A stretch of DNA of 64,000 nucleotides from Ruditapes philippinarum. Lineage: Eukaryota. The stretch lies in the NCBI RefSeq assembly GCF_026571515.1, contig NW_026859222.1, positions 124,001-188,000 on the forward strand, given 5' to 3'. Positions within the stretch are counted from its first letter, which is position 1. Every line of letters starts with the position of its first letter. The translations under genes were made by a program, and so were the position numbers. Shown one piece after another: positions 12,811-28,324 of this stretch. The notes below the pieces were generated by a model. The model searched no databases, was not told the origin of the DNA, and was given only the letters and a program-made list of their open reading frames with translations.

Positions 12811-15800
12811 AAAATATCTTCGTGGCGTATTTAAGTCATACCCCTTGTTCCCTGTCCGAATTTGGTTCCCACCATTAGAATATAGACTGGCTGATTGATT
12901 AATTTAATTTATCAAGTAAATAACATTAAAATAATAATGATTTAAACTCATGATATTCAAAAATGGCACTTTCACTTCAATTAAAGATTTATCTTTAAGT
13001 TAAGAATATCTAATTACTACATAACAATATTTACAAGAACCCTCTCCCTAATTTGCGACAAGGGAATAAATACGATAGTGACATAATTTGTATTTTTCCT
13101 GTAGGAAATCACATTTTTTATACCGCCATTCTATAATTAAGCTTGCATGCAATGCCACCATTAAAGCATTGTCCAGTCTAAGTTTGGACAAGCCTATAAA
13201 GCCGATACAAGAAAAAAAGAAACATCACTGACATAGATTCAATGTCGTTTTATATAGTTATCATTTAAAAAAAAAGCTTGTGGAATAAATAACAAATAAA
13301 ATAAATGAAAATAAAAATCACGAAATACGTTTGCTGATGACCGACATAGAGCTTATTTATATTATTAAGACAAATTGAACAATAATTCTTTACACAAAAC
13401 ATAAGACAGTACTATGATGTACTTGAAGCAGGCCAACATCGTCGTAGAGTGTCGCTGACGCTATATAAATATCAAACTAGTACAACCTTCTTTCGCATTC
13501 ACCACCTGCGGCCGCACGCGTTTTTATGTTTATTTACTTATATATAAATCGACGTCATTAAGACGGCGCTGGACTGTGTAATACGAGAGTAAAAGTTCCT
13601 CTGCAATCGTAAACTGTATGTCATATTCTAATAGTGTTTTACTACCGCTTGTTTCCAAGAATAACTTGCGATCTTGTCAGACACGAAATTTTGTCATCAA
13701 ATCAACTCAATTTCATGTGATGACGATGATTTCGTGCGCCGTTTTGAAGTGTTGTCTATGAAACGCTACTGCACAATAACCTTTCAACACAGCATCTTCA
13801 TCTTTCAAATTTGCACACGTAAAGAGCATTTTAATAAACTAGAACAAACGAAATAACAACGTGCTTGACATCACCGACCATAACTTGTAACTTTTTATTC
13901 GTTTAAAGTTTAAAATATCTTTTGACCTCTCTGATAATGAAAGTGATAATAGTTTAGGTTACATGCATAGGATTGTTCATATGATTTGATGTATAAATAT
14001 ATAAATAGAATTTTCAGGGAATGTTCTGCGAATATCACAATCAGCCCTTGTATTAATTAAACGACATAAGCACAAACTCTTTTATTACAAACAGTATATC
14101 CCAAAGATACGGAAAGGAACATGTATTGTTTTATCAGTAGTTCTTTGATCACAGGTACATTTTTGTGTGAAATTAATCTGATGTAAGTATTTGATATTAA
14201 AATAGGAAACTTATTGCTTTGAAGTAAAAAAAAAATACAACTAAGGAATAAGATTTAAATTCAATACTAACTCAGAAACACAATTCCCTAACTATGATTT
14301 TCTTATTAATATAGCGTGATTATGAACTCCATACATTGCCAGTATAGTGTCCAACTTTTGATTGCTACATTAAGTCCAAATTAGTTTGAAGCAGAAATTC
14401 GTGTCTTGAAGTCGCCGCTGCGTGTGGATATTTTTCAAAATAGATCATAATAACAAGTGTGTGTCTTAGTCTTAGCACAGAATAGAAAACGTTTTTGATA
14501 GGATTCTTTAATTATTTGAAAGTAAAAATAACTTCTTATCCGCCATATTATGGCTTCATGTGACAATTATAACTCGGAACAATATGTACTGTGTAAGAAT
14601 ACTTATACTTATTGGACTAAAGATAATTGGGAAACCTAAAATGTTTCACTTTTTAAAGTTACATTTATTTGGTCTGTCCCTTCATCTTTAGTACAATGCA
14701 AACAGTTAAAATAATTATGATATAACTCTGTACAGACGTTTAGACAATAAGATGCCTATGTTTATTTTAAAACTAAAATTGTTTTTAACAGACTAATGAA
14801 AACCGATGGAAGGAAATGAAATTGAAACTACTTGGTAGGCATATTTACCATAATGAGACGATGTGCAGGGCGCAGTTGTGATATTTTGTCGGTTCAACGT
14901 CATAGTTATCTTATATTAAGTTCGAAATTCCATGTCTGTTCTTTATCTTGTGAACCGATATAATGACGTATATAGAACGTTTTGGCAGAAATATTTCTCA
15001 AAATCAGACGATGTGCAGAAAATATGTTTGGGCTTCCTGTAATCATATTGGCCCGCCACGGGAATAACATGATTTATATATGAAACCACATTTAAGTTTC
15101 ATTGTGTAAAAAAATGCTAAGAGCTTAGATAGTAAGGATGGAATTTTCCTTATTGACCTATACAAATGTATTATGATTCATGCCCCTTGACGAATGTTTT
15201 ATGCTGTACTGTGCTATAACTTTCAAGGGTATAAATGTTTACACATATAAAGTGGCACAATCTATTGTTGTGGTGATAAATGAAAACAAAATCAACAAAA
15301 AGGTAATACAAGAAGAAGCATTAGTTCATGGAAGTTGTATTCGCGTAATTTTCATTATTGACTTGTGATATTGTTTTGTGTCCTATGTTATCTCATATTT
15401 TCCAAGGGCTTATTTATGTTGAAATTGAAACTTATTTTCAAAATATGTGTCGTTCTTGTTATTTTTTGTGGTTTCGTTTTCAATCCGAAAATAAAAACTA
15501 CTTGTCATTTGCCTGGATACGACACAGAGAAACTTCCTCCTTCAAGTTGTATTATTCACATACCTTATACAAATATCCTCGTTGAAGAAAAATACGACAG
15601 TTTGACTATCATTTACTTTTCATTAGCTTCCATGACAAAAAGCAAACAATTTGCGCCTATTGTAAATTTTCAGGGGAAAATGTGAGAATGATTACGTGCT
15701 ATCATACGTTTATTTACGTAAGAAGACACTATCCTCGATTTAATGTAATTTAGGAACACGCTCTTGAACATTCTCTCTTAGACTAGTCCATTCCACGAGC

Positions 15801-18239
15801 AATTCTAGTACTTAGCTGACTTCTTTAACAAAAGGATACCGTTACACGAAAGCGATGCCAATGATTTAGTAATGTAAGACAAACTATTTCATCGAAACTG
15901 TATAATACATTTTGAGTTATGAAAGTCATTGTGAAATATCGTTTTGATATTTTATAATCAATAGTAGAAAGATAGATAAAGCTTGAACACGATAAAGAAA
16001 CATAAAGAAAACATTGGAATTCATCAAAAAATGTAACAAAAAATATGAGAGTGTCAAACTTGAATTGGAACGCATAAAGGTAAGATTACATACTCCTCGT
16101 AATTAAAGTAATAACTTTCACCCGGCTAGACATAAAAGGAGTGGTCTGTTGCCGTAATTGTAATGGTAGATATTGACCAGTAATTAGAAACAAAGGTAAA
16201 CTTTTGAAAACCAACAACTCTTTCTCTGTGGTCCGATTCCGATCTAGGCATCCATATTCGTTCAGAATTTACTATGAATTATAAATCTAGGTTTAACTTC
16301 ATCTGACACTGATATTCGTATATTGATCTACACATTTATCATTATCATTATATTCTGTTTTGTTTGTTAAACCCATTTTTATTATGTAATATATAGTTAT
16401 TTATTTTTAATTATGTTCACCATATTATATAATCTAATGATTTAAAGTGTCCTATGGATATAATGCATACCATGTATCCTTGTGACTTTGTATATTTTTG
16501 TTCATAATGTTTTGCTCTTGAATTTGCATACATGCACACTGAACTAATATCAGTAAACGAAACGAAAATGTCAATACATTGAAATGCCTCCTATATTCTT
16601 TTTGTAAACTTAACACATATTCAACACATTTTAATCTTTTGATAGTAATAATCATGATACATTTCATTGATACGAGAAATACAGTCATATTATTTATTTT
16701 ATTAATTTTACTATGAAAAAAAAAGAAAACGAATATTAATTTAAAGCTGAAGAAGATACTAAATTATATACTTTCTTACATTTAATTTTATCTTTTATAT
16801 ATAAACAGACTATTAAATATTGTTTTCTATATTATATGTTCTTATTGGCTATTGAATTATGTTTTATCAATCTAAGTGGAGGTTTGTAATTTAGAAGTGC
16901 AAAAAAGGAAATATTATAGTAATATTCAATATTTATGAAATGTATATATGAGAGTGTATACTTGAATTTGCGAATGAGTAAATGAAGTAGGTTTGATACT
17001 TGTTTTTATATATATCAGTATAACGTCTTTTATCAATATATTTTGATTGTATAATCTTATTCCTGTGATACAAATTTAAATTTTTACATACACTAAGTAG
17101 GCGTTAAGATACCTTTTTATCAATTGTAACTTGTCTTGATTAAATATTTGCTTAATATTTACGATCAACGGGATAAGGCACTATTTTGTATAAGATATTG
17201 TCCTCAAGATAAAGTTTTGCATTAAAAAGTTAATTATGTTCCGTATATCAAACTAACTGACGCCAAATCATAATATATTCTAACATTGAATTTGGTTTTG
17301 TGGCCCACTTTTTTCTGCTAAAATGTCAAAGTTAATTACAAACATCAGGAATCTAAGAGCCTGCTTAATTTCATCACCGATGACTTGCAATTAATTAATT
17401 TATTTTTAACATACATGCAATTTAACCTTCAGAACATTGTTGTGACCTAATTTCTTGTAGAATATCATAATCAATTATAAATATTTGATGTGTAAGGACC
17501 AGCTTAATTTAACCACAGACACCTTGCAATTGATTGACCGATATGTTTCCGTACATACTGGCATTGATGTCTGGTGGCAGAGTATAATTGCGTGTTTGGA
17601 TAATTTGTGTCTTGTGAAAACTGGTAATTTAAATCATTTGCCTAACCCTAAGTTAATTGCGCGTAATAGAGACTCCGAAGCTAAGATAAATTATGTGCGA
17701 AATATATGCCGAATGCAGACATTTAATGTTTGCTTTCAGATAAGCAGATCAAGAGCAATGGAATGGAGTTAAATATTAATGTTTGAACTGCTGCTGCATA
17801 GAAAATGACATAGACATAACGTCAATATCATTCCTGAACATGCTGCTATATATTAATTATATACCATGTATTTCTTTAACGATCTATCGCCTCGTCGTTT
17901 TGAACGACCCTATTAAAAGTTTTCTGTTTATAGAGGATATTGAATGAGTGTATTTACAATACTGGATTTAATGCACAAGTTAAATACAATTATTATTAGA
18001 GTGAGGGAATGGTGCGAAATTTTGCACACGTTAAGTTATTCGCCAGTCTCACAAAAACTCAAAAAAAAAAAACAGTCACTTTATTCAAAAAAGAAATTTA
18101 ATGTAGCTCATTTAGTTTACAATTTAATATTATGATAATCATTTTATTATTAAAGATAATGTACTGCGGTGAGAGTCTCTAGTCAATAACACATTATTGA
18201 TTATTTAATATCCCTATCATATTAATATATTGCAGGCAA

Positions 18240-18600
18240 TACGATTTGTTCATTTTGCGAAACATATATCTTTTAGACATTAATATCATATTTATATAAT
18301 TGTGTGTTTTATTTTTTTACAACATTAATAACACATATCAGTACACATATCAAAACAAGGTCACTAGAAAAATAAATTCAACCATAGCCAGTCATTGCCC
18401 CGTGCTAAATGTTGTATAACCGGAAATTAAATAAAGTGTGACAATTTCCTAAAGTTAAAACAATATTTATGTTTATGTTTCTCGATGGATGACAAAAAGT
18501 GTTGCATTCAAGGTTAAATGTTCTGTGCTCAATATGTATTCATTTACTCTAATCATATATATTTAAACGACCGTAGGCGATCACTATCTAGTCCATAGAC
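18240..18600 (+). pseudogene. Decayed paralog G15 (single copy in window)
   Basis: One frame reads AKCCITGN*IKCDNFLKLKQYLCLCFSMDDKKCCIQG*MFCAQYVFIYSNHIYL, matching the family KxCI / CDxxLxL / xC...FC...IY order. Its 5' part is shared with 39950 and 46238. Confidence 0.4.
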
Positions 18601-21600
18601 TTATAAAAATGATATTATCCTATCTGCTTACGATATGTGTAATGGGATTATCAAAGTTCTAGGTAATATAGTTATACTGCAAACCATAATAGAAACAATC
18701 ATGCCTGTTCTTATATTATTTTTTTACATTTTCACTGGTTGATTTTTACTCATTTAAATCAAATCTAAACAAAAGAAATAACTGATTCCCGCACGCAATA
18801 GCATTATTCATTATATAAAGTTACTGTAATATGTCGTGACGTGCTTAAGAATTAGATTGTTATGGTATAATTTTGTCAGGTATTTTAATACAAAACGTTT
18901 TTTCATTTCTCGTTAGAGTAAAAAAAAGACTTACAGATCTTTATGTTTTCAAAAACTTTTTGTAGGAATTCAAAAAAGCAATAATATTATGTCTATGCAT
19001 AGGTAACATGAAAACATTGAGTTTACTTTATATTTTACATTGCACGAAAAATAAACAAATGAAACAAAGCCAAATAACAAATTCGTATGCCTTTGACTGA
19101 TTTCTTAGAAACTTGTTAATGCGTAGATATTGTACACACACTAGGAACCCGTACACTTTCAATTTTAATTTAATTAATTCTAATCAATTACAGTATTCTA
19201 AAAAATGAAAACAATCATAAAGTTTACTTAAACTTAAACCCAACAATTTTAATTGAAAGTATTTGTTATTAATTGCTCGTATAATTGGCAATTATATTCA
19301 ATTAATTGCATTATTTGTATATGTATTATTATAAGTAAGATCCAAAATAGACAACCACATTCCTTTTGAAATTCAATGATATTCTTCTATACATCATTAA
19401 CTGATAACTTCTGGTGTATAATGCCAAAGTCTTAACCGTGTAAACGTCCATTAATGACATAAAAGAGTTTTGTGATAAACAATAATTTTGTAAAACATAA
19501 AATTTGCCTTGCGTAAAAGCGTGTCATACAATCTCCATATTGTTTTCACAAAGCATGATAAATTATTATGTTCAAACTTATTGTAATTAATCAATTATAA
19601 ACTGAAAATTCACGCAGTTGTTAGTTAAATGTTAAGTTTATTGTTATTAATTAACTTATTTCTTAAAATAATTTTATTTTACAAATTCCTGAAATTTGCA
19701 TTACTTATATGAAATTCCTACATCTCAGTTTCATTTAAAACCCATTATAATTTAAAGCAAAGCAGGCACAGTTTTTATATAATTATGTTTTAGATGTCAT
19801 ATGACGATGTTCTGTGTAAAGTTACAGACATGATCTGTAATTGAGCTAATGATGTCTTAAAACAGTTTTTTTTATCTGAAAATGAAAATGTTATTGTATT
19901 TTACAAATTTGTTGAAACTAATTGAGGTGCAACCGAAAAAGAAGCTCGTAAAGCAAGAGTTTGAGAATCCTTTATAACACTACACGGTTTCATTACAATT
20001 AAACGATCATGTTAAACGATGTAACGCTTAGAATTAGAATTCACTGGTATAATTGAATGGCAAATGGTCCTTCAGAATGCTCCTTGGGTTCTAACAGCCG
20101 CATGTGAACTCAATTTGCAACGTTGTGTCAAACATATTTCCTTGAAAATCTTTTTGCAAGTCTTAAGTTTTTCTGAAATAAACACTGCACAAAAAAGATT
20201 TAATCAAACAACATATCGTCTTTTGCTATACTTTTTGCTTTGAATCTGTTTCAAATAACACTTTTTTAGATTTGAGTAGTTCTTAATTTAAACTTTTTTT
20301 TTTGGTTAGAAATGTCACGCGTTTACCATTTTATACATCATTTTGCTCTTTAAATTAGAAACCTATGATCATATATATCAAATAAGTATTGTTTTTCAGA
20401 TTTCAGAGCTGTTTGTTTCAGCTATATTACAGTCCAAGTTAATTTTATAGATCATCATCAAAATAATTATTTGTTATCATATTGTTGACAAAGTAGCATG
20501 TTAATATTCAGAAAAAGTTTGCAGTGGTATCTCATTGTCACATTTGCGACATAGGTAGTATCTTGTAAAGCTCGACGCCTTTATCATTAAACTGATCCTC
20601 ACTAACATACAGTTTTTTAATTGTGCAATATCATGAAATTAATTAACAGCAAATAAAAAATAGTAATAGTTGCCACTTGATTGGTGAAAGCATTTTGATT
20701 GTGGTTTGCATTTGATTGTAACAGTTATAATTTTTTTCTCAAGAAATGTGACTTTATAGAGTTTGTATATAGTGATACAAATGTATATCTAGATTTAACC
20801 TTGATAAAATGTTTTAGAGGCTTAAACTTAGAGTAAAGAAGATGTTCTCATTTCAATGAATTTTTCATACACATGTCTATTAAAATTATTTAAAGCATTC
20901 AAATAATATGACTATCAGAAATTTAGTGTATTTCACATTATAACTATTTATAATAACAAAACCATAATTCTTACCCATATTTGCTACCGTGATTTTAATT
21001 ATATTTTAAATCACGCATTTGCCTTTTATTTTAAAAGATAATTTGATAAAAAGCTTAATTTTAGTTAAGCTTTAAATAATTTTGAACACTCATACATATG
21101 CTTTAAATTAGATAGTTTAAAAAACGAAAGAAATAACCGACAGCTGCACGCAACAGTTAGATACTAATATTGCAATATTACGTGACAAGGTTAGCGTTTG
21201 GTGATGTAATTTAGTTAAGTGTTTGAAAGCAAACGTTCATATGCATAAATAGGAAGACAAACATGTTCAATGTTTTGCAAAATGAAAAAAGAGAGAAATA
21301 TGTTGAAGTAGCCAAAATATTAGATCATTCTTTTAAAACTTAAATCACCGCATTTTTCGTAACCCTAAATACTTGTATATCAACAAATCTCTTCGTCATA
21401 TGGCTGATACACGTTGCTGATTTAGAAAAACATAAACTTTTGTATTTCCTCACTTCCTCATTATTTTGTGAAAAAGCAATGAACAAAATAATTAGGCCAA
21501 GTTTTAAATAATACTATCTACGATTACAGTTTCGCCATTTTATGCAAGAATGAGACCATTTGCAGCTAAAAGTAAAATAAATGCTGAACCTTGAAGCGAC

Positions 21601-24600
21601 TTTCAGTTTTAATTTTCTACAGAAAAAAAAATAAATATTTTGTTTAAATAAGTATTTCAGAAATTTTCTATTAAGTCTTCTTCAAAACAGCGTCCATAGA
21701 GCAATTTATAACGCGTCAGTGACATTTGTTACTAAAATAAGAGGAAAGAAATCGTCCGCTTTTCTCGTTTAAATTCAGAGAGCTGATAGGTAGATTTAGA
21801 GGTATCGAGGAGTGTTCTTGTTGTATATATTTTTCCCACCTAAATTCCTTTAATTTGACATTGATATGCAAACGATTTATCTCAAAAATAAAATGTTTAC
21901 CATTTAGAAAAGCTGAAGCTATAGCCTGCTTTAACTCTTGTTTGAGCTTTTGCCACGGGTTTTTTTTTGGAAGACATGAAATTCTTACTGGGTATGTCTA
22001 ATTTGTATAAAAGAATTAATAAACTATGTATAGGAAGCTGCGTTCCCTACTACAGATCAAGTACAGTTGGCAATTTATTAAAACAAAACTGCCATTTTTT
22101 TAATGACAATAAGTATTCTCAAAGTTATAATTTGTATATACGATAATCATATAGCACAAAATTTTCTTTTGAATTACAAGCAAAAAATCAAGTAAGCCAA
22201 TTAACATGTGTACACAGTATTTATCGTTTCATTCTCAGTTGAAAATTTCATTTAAAAATTTTTCTTGACATTGATGAAAGAAGATAATAATCATCCTTAA
22301 CATTTGAACATCCTAAATTACAGTTGTGAAAAGTTCTTATTACGCCATGTGAGTGTGTATTTTTTGCCTAATGAGAGTCCATCTGCCCTTTCAGGCACTG
22401 AAGGTACGGATCCCGTACGCCATTTGATCCATTTATAGCCGAATTTATACAATATAATATTACATTAACCAGTAATAAGATAACCTGTCGGCAGTAAACG
22501 AATGACAACCCGTTTACTCTAGGATCCAGTTCTTTCAACATGCATAGAACGAATGACAACGTGGATTTAACCTATGATATTTTCTTTAATCAATCTTGCT
22601 TCAGAAATTCTGTTCTAGTGAATTATGTATGCCCTTGTTATCAGAGTGGAAATCTTATATACAAATGTTTGTCAAGGCCTCGTTGAACAAATTTGGTTTG
22701 TCTAGAGTCAAGAAATCAAGGATAATTATAGTCCTTAAGATTACGACTCAAAAGACAATTTATCTAAATCAAGTGTATGCTATAATTAGTGTCAATTTGA
22801 CGAATACGCAAACATATACCAGGAAAAGTAATTTAATTCAACCACTTCTAATTTTGTCTGATCATTACCCTTTCTATTAGCAGCAAATTGTTCAATTGTT
22901 TACTTTAACCTCAATGTCAGTTCACTAAATGAGAGGTTTGGCTTGAGAAATGTTTGTTATCGTCATCAGTAGTATTGATTGAAAAAAATCGGGTAACTTT
23001 TAAAATTTGGTTATTTATAAACGCTTGCCATTAGAGTTTAGCAATAACAGTTTGTGTTTGATACCTCTGTACAATTGGTTGACGAGAGTGTCTCAATTGC
23101 ATTGAAATACGAGATCATTAAAACATCAGTCTAAAAAGACAGTAATAAGTAAGTTGCCATGACCGGAAATGAAGCCCGGTCCATTCAACCATTAGTGAGC
23201 ACACACGCTTCAATATAATTACAACGAAAAGTGACAACAAACCAAATAATCCTAAATTTAGATTTTTTATTAGGGTGTGTAATCTTTGAAAAAGAAACTT
23301 TACACTCATTGCTTAGTTCTTCATTGCTTAGTACTTGTTATTTCAACGAACGGATATGAAAATGTGTCTGTGAGCTTCTTACACAATCTAATTTATTATG
23401 CACACATTAAATGTTTAAAATGTTATTGTCACCTTATACATTATCTTAGTATGATGTGTATATTCAATTGCATTGACAAAAATGGATTCTGGACTTTCAA
23501 TGTAGAAGTAAGCACTAAACACGTTAAAATCAATTTTGACAAAAGTTGCGAATCAAAAGCTTTAATTATTAATCAAGCAAATAATTGAATCATTATATAC
23601 ATTAAATTTTTATGAAGACATAAACGTTTTTAATATCCATTGTAGTTAAAATATATCTAAATAGATTCAACAATCATGAAAAAAGTTAAATATAGATGAC
23701 TAATCGATCATACTTAAATGGCTGATTCATCTCTCGGGACTTGCAACCTTTAAATTATCATAAAGTTAAAGGTTCAACATACTTCAATCAACTGTTACAG
23801 TAATCAATATTGTCCGATTTTACATAAAATACGTTATGTTTTATTGGATAGTTTAAGTATGCATGTATTATGTTTAACATTAAGCTACATTTACTAATTT
23901 ACCTTGTCAATAACAATTATTTCAGTCGAACTAAACAGTTAACAATGGGTATTTGAGTTTGAACGCTTAATCCCATCTTCAAGAGAAACAAATGAAATAG
24001 TCCTTTCAGTACTTGTGATTAAAAAATAAAATTTATTTCAGAAATATTAATTGCAACGCCATGTTGGTACTATATATGTTTTTAAATTTTAGACAAATTC
24101 AACACTTTACCCAATAACAAATAACTTAAAAGTAAAGTACGTCTCTTGTAATCAATAAATTATGTCATCCAAACATTTGTAAGAATAATTTTCAAGTTAT
24201 ACTTTCGATATAATGTGTTAAGAACAGATTATAAAATAAAGATATAAACGGAAATTACTAAAAAGTAAATGAGAGTTAGAGTTTCCATTCTTGTGAGTCA
24301 TGCTCTCTGTACAGAAGGATAAAAATGATTTTTAGGTGAGGCTGGTAATGAGTAAATTACTTATTTTGTTCACTTTACAATATTCAACTTTAAAAATTAA
24401 TGTTTTTAAAGATCATGGAATTTGCATGAACTTGATTTTCTTTTTTAAAATACAACCTTTACACTGAACTATCATAGCATCTGTCTAAGATTTTATTTAT
24501 TACTGAAACTAAATAAAGTAATTAAACGTTTTAGGTTGTGAGCCATGCATTTTAAAACGTTGGTTAAACTCCCATGTAGAAAAAAAGTAGTGTTATTCTT

Positions 24601-27600
24601 CCGGTTAGAATGTAGTATTCTTTTTCACCCACTTCTCGGTTCTACCAATTTTTGTAACCTATACAAGGCCCGAATTCATTAACATCCTGCTTATTCCATC
24701 CTCTGAACCTACATACTCATTTTCTTTAGATTGTTATCAAGTTATGTTGCGATGCACTGAAGGCATTATACCGAATGTTTTCCTATTTTGTGACTTAATA
24801 TATAAGAAGGAAATATAATTTATGTTTACTTACATAATTTTAACTAAAGGTAATGTTTTACACACATTCATATGATCAAATCTAATATTACAGGGGTTAA
24901 AATATTTAGTAATTTCTTAATGTCTTTCTAGTGTAACGAACAATAGTTATACTGTTTTATGTAACAATGTCAATTATTATTCTATAAATGTGATGCAAGT
25001 ATTTTACTGTCTATAATATGTCTGCAATATTTGCTTAGTTAAATGCCACAAAGTAATTCGATCAAATCAATGTTTCAACAGAGTAAGATGTATCCTAGTC
25101 CTAAAAAATGTAAACAGAAACCCTATTTTTATAATCTACTCAAAAATGTCCATTAATCGAAGCTACATTGTGATTTTTGATTAGATAGTTTCAAAAACTA
25201 TTTATATTTTATCTATTATATAATTGATAACCGTTGCAGAAAAGGTGGAAAATTGTGATAAGCACACTCGTTTGCATGCCTGAAGTTATTTGTTAGTAGT
25301 TTTGTACAATAGTCTGCCTGGTGTTAGGTTATATTCTTTGAGTGAAACAATTTCCTAACAAAGCTTCCGTTCTATGAAATGGTTATCTGTTCTTCTAAGA
25401 ATAATCAAAATTAAAATTGTGGACTATTCAGACAGCTATATGACTTTAATGAATATTAAATTTACTGATATATTATATTTTGTATATACATTTGTATTTT
25501 CTTTTACTTGCTACAGAAATATTTTGATATATGTATTTATATCATTAATAAGAAATAACCTACAAACGAAAGCAAAACTCATCCGACACTTACAGAATAC
25601 AAGCGGACTCGACAGTATCATATTTCTTGGCAATGACCTGTTTCACAAGATAAATTAGGTAAGTAGGAGGTAGGCACAGTAACGAAACTGAATATGGGTT
25701 ATCAAACGAATTGCACCAATACAATAGACTGCCTTTGTAACGGAATTACACTTTATAATACCTCGAACAGTGTGTGTACCTCTGAGCTCCAGAAGGTAAT
25801 AGTTCGTTTTGACACCTGGTGTTTGAAAGTTTGAAGTTTGAAACATCAGAGGTTATCCATAATTATCTTGCTGTTTAGACGTCATATGACCTATACTATG
25901 TTGGTGCGCCGTTAAACCAAACCCCAAAACACAATTTATCATTAGATCTTAATTAAATTAATATCATAATATCTTACCAATATATCTCATTTCTTGTAAA
26001 ATTAAAAGAAATTTGATGCGATCTTGGATACATGCATTTTTATTTATGAAACACTCTCATTAAGATCAAAACATATTTAGATGCAGGGTTAAAGTGATTC
26101 AAAATATAATCGTTGGTACATTTATGTTGATAGAATGGTTGACAAAATGAACAAACTACCTTAAAGATAGGTATATTGGAGTGGAAAATGTTATATATAC
26201 AGAATGAATACGAGTGTATGATTCACATATATTTAAATCACTCGTCTGGTAAAAAATTAGGAAAGTCTGTGTTTGTTGTGGTTTCTTTTTAGGGGAGATA
26301 CAAACACAAACAACTTAGTACTTATTGTCTAAAAGTGTCTGAAAATGTATCTTACATCTACATTAATATAGGAATGAGAAACATAAAGTATTGACGAACT
26401 AATTATCATTTGACTTACAGACAATATCCTCACGAAGAAGAAAACGTAATTGCACCTTATGGTACGTATTTTATTCCCTATTTTGACAATAATTTCAAAT
26501 AATTGGCGTCTCTTGTAAGCTTTCCTAGAATTTGCGTTTATGTAGAATGGTGAATATCATACTTCCTTTAACGTATGTAGTCAATAAACTCAAAATAGCC
26601 TAATTCAGAGCAAGAACGGCTTAGACATTCAATAGTCTGTCGCAAATTTGTTACAATCAGCAAACTTTCAAGTCAACAGGTGCACGGATAGTTTAAAAGC
26701 CATGTCAAGCTGTAAGTAAATTACTTTTTAATCACTAAAATACTTTAAATTTTGAATTATTTTGAATTCATATATTGTTTTTATTTATGAATAAAGAACA
26801 AAAATACTATAGAAACGTAGATAATTTAATGTTATTCTCGAAGAAACGTGTGATAAAAATTGGAATTAAGAATTTGTGCGACTGAAAAACAGGTCTGCAA
26901 TAATTCAAAACATCACAGCATCCGGTCTTATTACAGCCAGCATTAAATGCCACTAAGTATTTATTGAAAAGGTAAGACTATTTAAGGCAATACATATTTT
27001 GATTTAAATTTATAAATAAATATAAAGTTGGTTGATATGGTAATACTTATTTAACAATCTACCTTTGTGTTGGTTTTTATTTATCATGGTAATACGAATT
27101 GCGTTCAACTTGAAAATCTTATAAAGTAAGTGACTTGACAATTCTGAACCCCTTTTTAATGATGGACCAAGTTTAGCACATGTGCTATGTGTTATTCAAC
27201 GTTTGTGTGTATTTTTGTTAACCTATCACAGCAAAAAAAATGTTACTGTTACGTCATCAATATCTTTGTCAGACAATAACACTTTCTTGTATGAAGAAGC
27301 TTTATCAAATGATTTAAGTATAAGTTGATTTGCGTATTTCCAATTAATTATATACTAGTCATTTTATAGTTTTATTTCTTTAACATATTTACACAAATGT
27401 TTGCTGCCAGAAATTTGCTGCCAAATGAAATTATTAAAACGTTCAACGCGTTTGAAATATAACCCATTTAAAAATTCGCCACTAATATGTAAGGCAGATG
27501 TGTATTTTTCTATACCTTTTCGACAGAAATACAGAAACAAAAGGATTCATATGATTATCAAGACATCAACAACCATTTTGTTATACGTGTTTTAAAAGTC

Positions 27601-27785
27601 TTTAAATCATTTTTAACATACATGACTTGCCAAAGTTATGATTAAGATAGATAGAGTTTGATGTGATAGAGTATGTGATAGAGTTTTCATATTTTAGCGT
27701 GAAAATGTATAGTAGTTTAATAAAACTCTAGTAAATCAAATATTTGATTGGTTTCATATATGTATGACATTTGTTTTATCATGTA

Positions 27786-28283
27786 TTTTAGCTCACCCGA
27801 GCTAGCTCAGGCTGAGCTTTAGGATCGTTGAATGTCCGTTGTCCGTCGTCCGTCCACATTTGTTCGTTAACACTCTATTGATCACATTTTTGCCTCAATA
27901 ATCATCAAACATTGTCACAAGGCTTTTCTAGGTAATTTCTCGGATGAGTTCGACCATAGGTCATCTAGGATGAAAAACTAGGTCACATAGCTAAAAATGG
28001 AACAATCTTGTAAACATTCTAGTCGCAACGGTTTTGATCCATTAATCCTGGAAATTGGTCTGAAAAATTGTTTTGATAATTTCTAGGACAAGTTCGAATA
28101 TGAGTCACGTGGAGTTAAAACTAGGTCACACCTCCCAAATATGGACAAACGTTGTTAACACTCTAGTGGTTACATTTTTGACTTCATTTTCATCAAACGA
28201 GTTCAGGATGCTTGTCTACGTAATTGCTCAGATAAGATCAATTGATCAGGTGAGCGATCTAGGTTCATCTTGGCCCTCATGTT
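27786..28283 (+). mobile_element. HINE/DINE-1-like element (duplicate of 7302-7796)
   Basis: Same termini and same flanks as 7302-7796, so it inserted before the duplication. Confidence 0.82.
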
Positions 28284-28324
28284 CATTGATCGATATGTAC
28301 ATAAATGTCATTGGGACTTCAATG

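Noticed and set aside
15365-15685. Intact 106-aa gene
   Set aside because: Only the N-terminal half follows the family frame. Later motifs lie in other frames, so it is treated as a G11 pseudogene copy.
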